This document shows, in pieces, positions 58,486-64,000 of a stretch of DNA of 64,000 nt (positions within the stretch are counted from its first letter, which is position 1; each line of letters starts with the position of its first letter). The notes beneath the pieces are model-generated. The model had not been told where the DNA came from and did no database searches. It was given only the letters and a program-made list of their open reading frames with translations. Origin of the DNA: Callorhinchus milii. Lineage: Eukaryota. Both the position numbers and the translations under genes were made by a program. The stretch spans positions 34,536,001-34,600,000 of the forward strand of contig NW_024704743.1 of assembly GCF_018977255.1 (NCBI RefSeq), given 5' to 3'.

Positions 58486-61400
58486 ATGGCCGCGGGAGAG
58501 CCGGGCCCCGCGGGGTTGGCGATACACAACTTCAGCGCGAGACTGGCGGAGCAGACGGTGGTGCACTTCCACACCCTGAGCATGAGGGACAGCTTCTTCC
58601 TGTGGGTGGGGGCCGCGCCCTCCCTGTGTAACCTGGCCGTGGCCATGTGCAGCAGACTGGTGAGTCCGGCGGCCTCCCCGCACAGATAGAGGCCGCATTG
58701 TTTTTTTGGGGGGGAGGAGGAGAGGGGGGGGAAGGGGTTGGAGTGGGGGGGGGGGTGGAGTAGTGGGGTGGGGGGATGGGTGGGGAGGAAGAGGGGGTGG
58801 GGTGGGGGATGGGTGGGGAGGAAGAGGGGGTGGGGGGATGGGTGGGGAGGAAGAGGGGGTGGGGGGATGGGTGGGGAGGAAGAGGGGGTGGAGTAGTGGG
58901 GTGGGGGGAGCGGGTGGGGAGGAAGAGGGGGTGGAGTAGTGGGGTGGGGGGTGGAGTAGTGGGGTGGGGGGAGAGGGGGTGGAGTAGTGGGGGTGGGGGG
59001 GGGGGAGGAAGAGGGGGTGGGGGGAGCGGATGAGGAGGAAGAGGGGGTGGAGTAGTGGGGTGGGTGGAGCGGATGAGGAGGAAGAGGGGGTGGAGTAGTT
59101 GGGGTGGGGGGATGGGCTGGGAGGAAGAGGGTGGAGTAGTCGGGTGGGGGGAGCGGGGGGGGGGGGGGGGGGAGGAAGAGGGGTGGGGGAGCTAATGAGG
59201 AGGAAGAGGGGTGGAGTAGTGGGGTGGGTGGAGCGGATGAGGAGGAAGAGGGGGTGGAGTAGTTGGGGTGGGGGGATGGGCTGGGAGGAAGAGGGTGGAG
59301 TAGTGGGGTGGGGGAGCGGGTGGGAGGAAGAGGGGGTGGACTAGTTGGTGGGAGAGCGGGTGGGAGGAAGAGGGGGTGGGGTGGGGGGGGTGGAGTAGTG
59401 GGTGGGGGGATAGGGGGTGGAGTAGTGGGGTGGGGGGGTGGAGTAGTGGGGTGGGGGGTGGAGTGGTGGGGGAGAGGGGCTGGAGTAGTGGGATGGGGGA
59501 GAGGGGGTGGAGTAGTGGGGTGGGGGGAGCGGGTGGAGTTGTGGAGTGTAGGGGGTGGAGTAGTGGGGTGGGGGGAGCAGGTGGAGTTGTGGAGTGTAGG
59601 GGGTGGAGTAGTGGGTGGGGGGAGCGGGTGGAGTTGTGGAGTGTAGGGGGTGGAGTAGTGGGGTGGGGGGAGCGGGTGGAGTTGTGGAGTGTAGGGGGTG
59701 GAGTAGTGGGGTGGGGGGAGCGGGTGGAGTTGTGGAGTGTAGGGGGTGGAGTAGTGGGGTGGGGGGAGCGGGTGGAGTTGTGGAGTGTAGGGGTGGAGTA
59801 GTGGGGTGGGGGGAGCGGGTGGAGTTGTGGAGTGTAGGGGGTGGAGTAGTCGGGTGGGGGGAGCGGGTGGAAATGCTAACACATTGTGGAGAGATTGGGC
59901 CTTTTGGCTGAGATCAAGTGCAGTCTCTGCTCTTATCAGTTACTCCCTGAGCTGCACAAGCGCTGCCGCTGCTGAGGTTGGTTTGTGAGGAGCATCACAG
60001 CCAATCTCACCCACTAATGACAAGATTATGGGAAGGATTGAGCGCCTGGCAGCAGCTATGCCTTCAGCCCTGTTGGCTGCGATTAGTATTGCGGTACTTC
60101 TGATCTGAGGAGTTTGATCAGTAAATAATAATAATAATAATCCTTGCATTTGATACAGTGCCTTATCACGTCGTCGAGACGACTCTAGGTGCTTCACAGA
60201 ATATACTGTCAAGTGGATTGACTGTGTATTTTGTGATCTGCCCGTAGAGAGATACTGAAATAATAATAATCCTCGCATTTGTTATAGCGCTTTTCACATC
60301 TTCCAGACGTCTCAAAGCACTTCACAGAACACACTGTAAAGTGAATTGACTGTATATTTGTGGGTGAAACGCGGCAGTCAATTGCACACAGCAATGTCCC
60401 ACAAACAGTCGTGGATTGAAAATGACCAATTTATTATTGTTTTTGTTTTTTGGAGGGATTATTATTAGATGTGTGGAGTAAGGAAATTTACCCACAGTTT
60501 CCCCCTGCCTGGAATTGAACTCAGGTGTCTACAATGCAGAGCTCGCTTGCATACTTGGTCACCAGGCGCAGGCTTGTCCAGCCAGAGAGGTAATCAGATC
60601 ATCCGACTCGCTCACCTGGTCGTGAAGACAGGTACCAGGTCCGCATTGTCCTTTGACAATTTGGGGCCTATCTTGGTTTGGAGGAGTTGGCTGCACACAC
60701 AGACGTGATGCGAATGATTAATTTATCTAGAAGACAAATGGAAAATGGGATAGAGGGGACAGGGGATGATGGGTTAAATAGGTGTTATTGATACAAAACA
60801 AGGGTGGGGGCAGCACCTCGCAAGCAAGAGGACCTGGTTCCGATTTCCGGGCAGGGCAAAACACTGGGCAAGGTCCTTACTCCACACGCCTCTGTTTACC
60901 TAGCAGTGAGTAGGAACCCAGTTGTTAGTCAATTATTATGATCATCAATTCCCAGTGCGAGTCATAAGCTCATGTTGATTAATTTCCTGCCCTTTCGTGG
61001 AATCCTGTAGCTCAGTGGTTAGAGCACTCGCTTTGCAAGTGAGAGACCAGAGTTCAATTCCGGGCTGGTCAGGGCGAAACCCTGGGCAAGTTTCCTTACT
61101 CCACACGCCTAATAATAATCCCTCCAAAAAAACAAAAACAATAATAAATTGGTCATTTTCAATCCATGACTGTTTGTGGGACACTGCTGTGCGCAATTGG
61201 CTGCCGCGTTCGCCCAGAAATATACAGTCAATTCACTTTACAGTATATTCTGTGAAGCGCTTTGGGACATTTAGAAGACGTGAAAAGCGCTATATCAAAT
61301 GCAAGGATTATTATTATTATTTGTACACACTGCCTGTTGCTGAATTTGCCAACAAATGTCCACTTGACATCAATTACCTGCAAAGTGCTTTGAGACATTT

Positions 61401-63142
61401 CAGCATTATATGCACTACACCAAATGCAATGATTATTATTGAATACAGTAATTTAGATGCAAATAGAGCGTTGGAAATGAGTCAGAGCAATGTACAAAAA
61501 ATTTCAGAATGAGTTATTTGGAGTGCCAGTAATTTTGAAGGTGGGACCTCTAAATTAGTGTCAGGATTTCTTTAATGTTGGAAGAGAATGCTGATGTCCT
61601 GGAAAACTAGCATATGCGTAACCAGTTGTTCTTGATTTACAGAACCCTATACCAGTGTCTACATTAGTTCTTGGAGATACCTCTGATACCACATCCAGTT
61701 CTCTAGCGCAACGATTAGGTAGGAACATTTCGCAATGTGTTTTAAAAAGAACTTTACATACAGTCAGGTTTGATTTTTCTTTCTGCCACTGTCTGCTTCC
61801 TTGTCTTGTCTCATTGCATGAAGTGCTGTCTTTCACCCTCTTCCCCCAACTAGTTTCAGTTGCTTGGTAATCAGCCTGTAACCTGGGTTGAAAACCAAAA
61901 TAAGTTCATATATTGAACTTAGGGCAGGATTATAATACCCTCCTCCAGATAAAATAAGTCTTAAGACAAATAATAATTTCAGACCTCTGATGACCTCAGA
62001 CCCATAAATGCGAACAGTGGAATGGGACACAGCGAAAGGGGGGTGTTAGGGCATGAAAGGATTATAGGTGAGAGCAAGGACACTAACGTCAATCCATTTT
62101 GATTCTGGTGAGGACTGGGGTGATGGCCATGCAGAATTTGGTGCGGGTGAGGATGTGGGCGGCGTTGTTTTGGATTAGCTGGAGCTTATGGACAAATGAT
62201 GAAACTAGATAGACTAGTGAGAAATGCATTTGAGAAGTCTAGGCGGGAGGTGACAAAGGCACGAATGAGGGTTTTGGTGGCATTTGGTGTGAGGTAGCAG
62301 TGGAGATGGACAATATGGCAGAGAAGGTAGCAGTTTTGGTCAGGGATTGAGTGTGAAGGAAGGAAGAAGAGGTTTCGCGCTGGTTTCATGAGTTTGAGAA
62401 GGAGAGGGCAGGGAGGTTGAGGAAGTCAAAACTAGAAGTGAGGAAATGTTGGCATGACCTGAAAAGGATGACTTCCATCTTGTCCATATGCAGCTCAGGA
62501 AATTGAAGGTCATTGAGGCTTTGATATCTGACAGAACATCCATGAACTTGGAATCAACAGTAGTAGAATTATCTACATACACGTGAAAGTAAATCCTGTG
62601 ACTGTAACAACAACTTGTATTTATATAATGCCTTTTCCCCCTTTCTCTTTGTGAAAAATGCTGTTCTTCACATTGGAAACAGCAGATAGTGTGCAATGCC
62701 ACAGTGTCTGATATATTAAAAAAAAGTGTTGCTGTGGGGTGGGACAGGTTATTTTGAGGAATTAAAGAGAACCATTTTACTGTGTGCAGTCTGATGCATC
62801 GGTGCAATCTCTCTCCTTATGTGTATGCCTTTCTCTTGTTATCAATCCATACTGTGCAGGTTATATTATAATTTTAAAGTTGTTCCTTTAGCAGGTGCTG
62901 GTACAACTCTCTAAAAGTGATAACTGTTATTTCATTGAAACACAATTTAATCTATACTTAAAAATTAGGTTGTAACACCAATATCTAAAAAATATATTTT
63001 ACTGTTATATCTATATCCAGCTAAGAAGACGGGCAAACAGGTCTTTGTCAGCTACAACCTCCCAAACACCAGCAGCAACACAGCACTGGAGGTGGAAAAC
63101 CGAATCAAGCAAGAAATGGATGCTCATCCAGAGAAATTCTAA
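58486..63142 (+). CDS. PSMG4: Proteasome assembly chaperone 4; exons 58486-58659, 61643-61718, 63021-63142; 123 aa
   Basis: IHNFSARLAEQTVVHFH..DSFFLWVG..LCNLAVAMCSRL / NPIPVSTLVLGDTSDTTSSSLAQRL / AKKTGKQVFVSYNL..VENRIKQEMDAHPEKF*. GT-AG introns are in phase, with AATAAA at 63199. Confidence 0.95.
58707..59870 (+). repeat. G-rich minisatellite in PSMG4 intron 1, ending in ~7.5 copies of a 48-bp unit
   Basis: Unit gagtagtggggtggggggagcgggtggagttgtggagtgtagggggtg repeated from ~59510. Confidence 0.95.
59898..59941 (+). pseudogene. U2 snRNA 5' fragment (about nt 11-54)
   Basis: ggccttttggctgagatcaagtgcagtctctgctcttatcagtt vs U2 GGCCTTTTGGCTAAGATCAAGTGTAGTATCTGTTCTTATCAGTT: 4 mismatches in 44 nt. 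Confidence 0.85.
60997..61320 (+). mobile_element. Full-length tRNA-SINE
   Basis: A/B boxes, body and cgtgaaaagcgctatatcaaatgcaagg(att)n tail. Confidence 0.9.
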
Positions 63143-64000
63143 TTGTAACTAATTATTATTTTGTACTTTTTTTTAAAAAAATGACTTTTGGCATATTTAA
63201 TAAAGTGTTAAAAACTTTCCTTTATAGGTGTTACATGAATTGGGAATCAAATACTGATTTGAAGGTTTTGGAGAGATCATGGTAGAGCAAACTTTGCTGT
63301 TTACCCAAAAATGTTGAGCATTGTGATGGAAATGTTATCTTCTGGAGGCTCGGGTGTGGGTGAGGAAGATAGGGCAGCAGTAATGCAATAATTGCTTTTG
63401 ACCCTAGGGAGGCAACAAATCACACCAGGGTATGTCTGATCACTAGCTAGTGCCCTGTGTGAATGAACATATGTAGAATATATGTTAATCATAGCCAATT
63501 CAACCATGCCTTTACCTGGCACAATGTTGGGCAAGTTTCCTTACTCCATACCTCTGTTTACCTAGCAGTGCAAAGAAATTGGTCACTTCAATCCACAACT
63601 GTTTGGCTGCTGTGTTTCACCCACAAAATATACAGTTAATTCATTTTGCAGTTTAATGTGAAGTGCTTTGAGATTTCTTGAAGATGTGACAAGGCACTAT
63701 ATCAAATTCAACAGTTATTACATTATTATTTCTCCTTTGCCCCCCCATTTCTGGATAGCAATTGGGAGGAGAACTTCAGGCTGAATTTGAGTTTTCCTCG
63801 TTTTGCATTAGCATATCTCAGGTGATGGATGCACTTATGGTTCTGCAGCAAGACTGACAGCAAGTGCATAGTCCAAAGCATCATTTGTCTCACATCAGTA
63901 TGAAGTATAGATGGTGAGACAGTTTTCTCTGGACAATGTCACTGCATGGTGTGCCAATTGAGGCCTTCAGAAGCCTTCATGGAGGTCTGCATGTATATCA

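Noticed and set aside
59510..59870. CRISPR-like regular array
   Set aside because: Pure tandem 48-bp repeat without unique spacers, in vertebrate DNA
57060..59882. 940-aa and 535-aa Pro/His/Thr-rich minus-strand ORFs and many Gly-rich plus ORFs
   Set aside because: Artefacts of stop-poor G/C-skewed tandem repeats; the real coding sequence is PSMG4 exon 1 on +
60997..61075. tRNA gene
   Set aside because: tRNA-derived SINE head, continuous with the SINE body; many similar copies in the window

Overview
Eukaryotic vertebrate genomic DNA, most likely a cartilaginous fish and probably a holocephalan (inferred from the SINE/L2/CR1/Penelope repeat types). It corresponds to the human 6p25 SERPINB-BPHL-TUBB2-PSMG4 neighbourhood. 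Four complete spliced genes can be built by hand: LRRC14B-like (+, 2 exons, 513 aa), SERPINB1-like (+, 6 coding exons, 378 aa), class II beta-tubulin (-, 4 exons, 445 aa) and PSMG4 (+, 3 exons, 123 aa). Only the last two exons of BPHL are visible, and I see no NQO2 or RIPK1. The first 3.7 kb holds two decayed, tail-to-tail partial duplicates of the serpin gene. The rest is dense in tRNA-SINEs and L2/CR1 fragments. It also has a solo LTR with a TSD, a retroviral-type RT relic, a U2 snRNA fragment, several fold-back palindromes, and two large G-rich minisatellites flanking PSMG4 exon 1. No clearly new biological system is demonstrated. The best leads are the orphan BPHL 3' end, the rearranged serpin/LRRC14B block, the fold-back hairpins, the G4 arrays and the RT relic.
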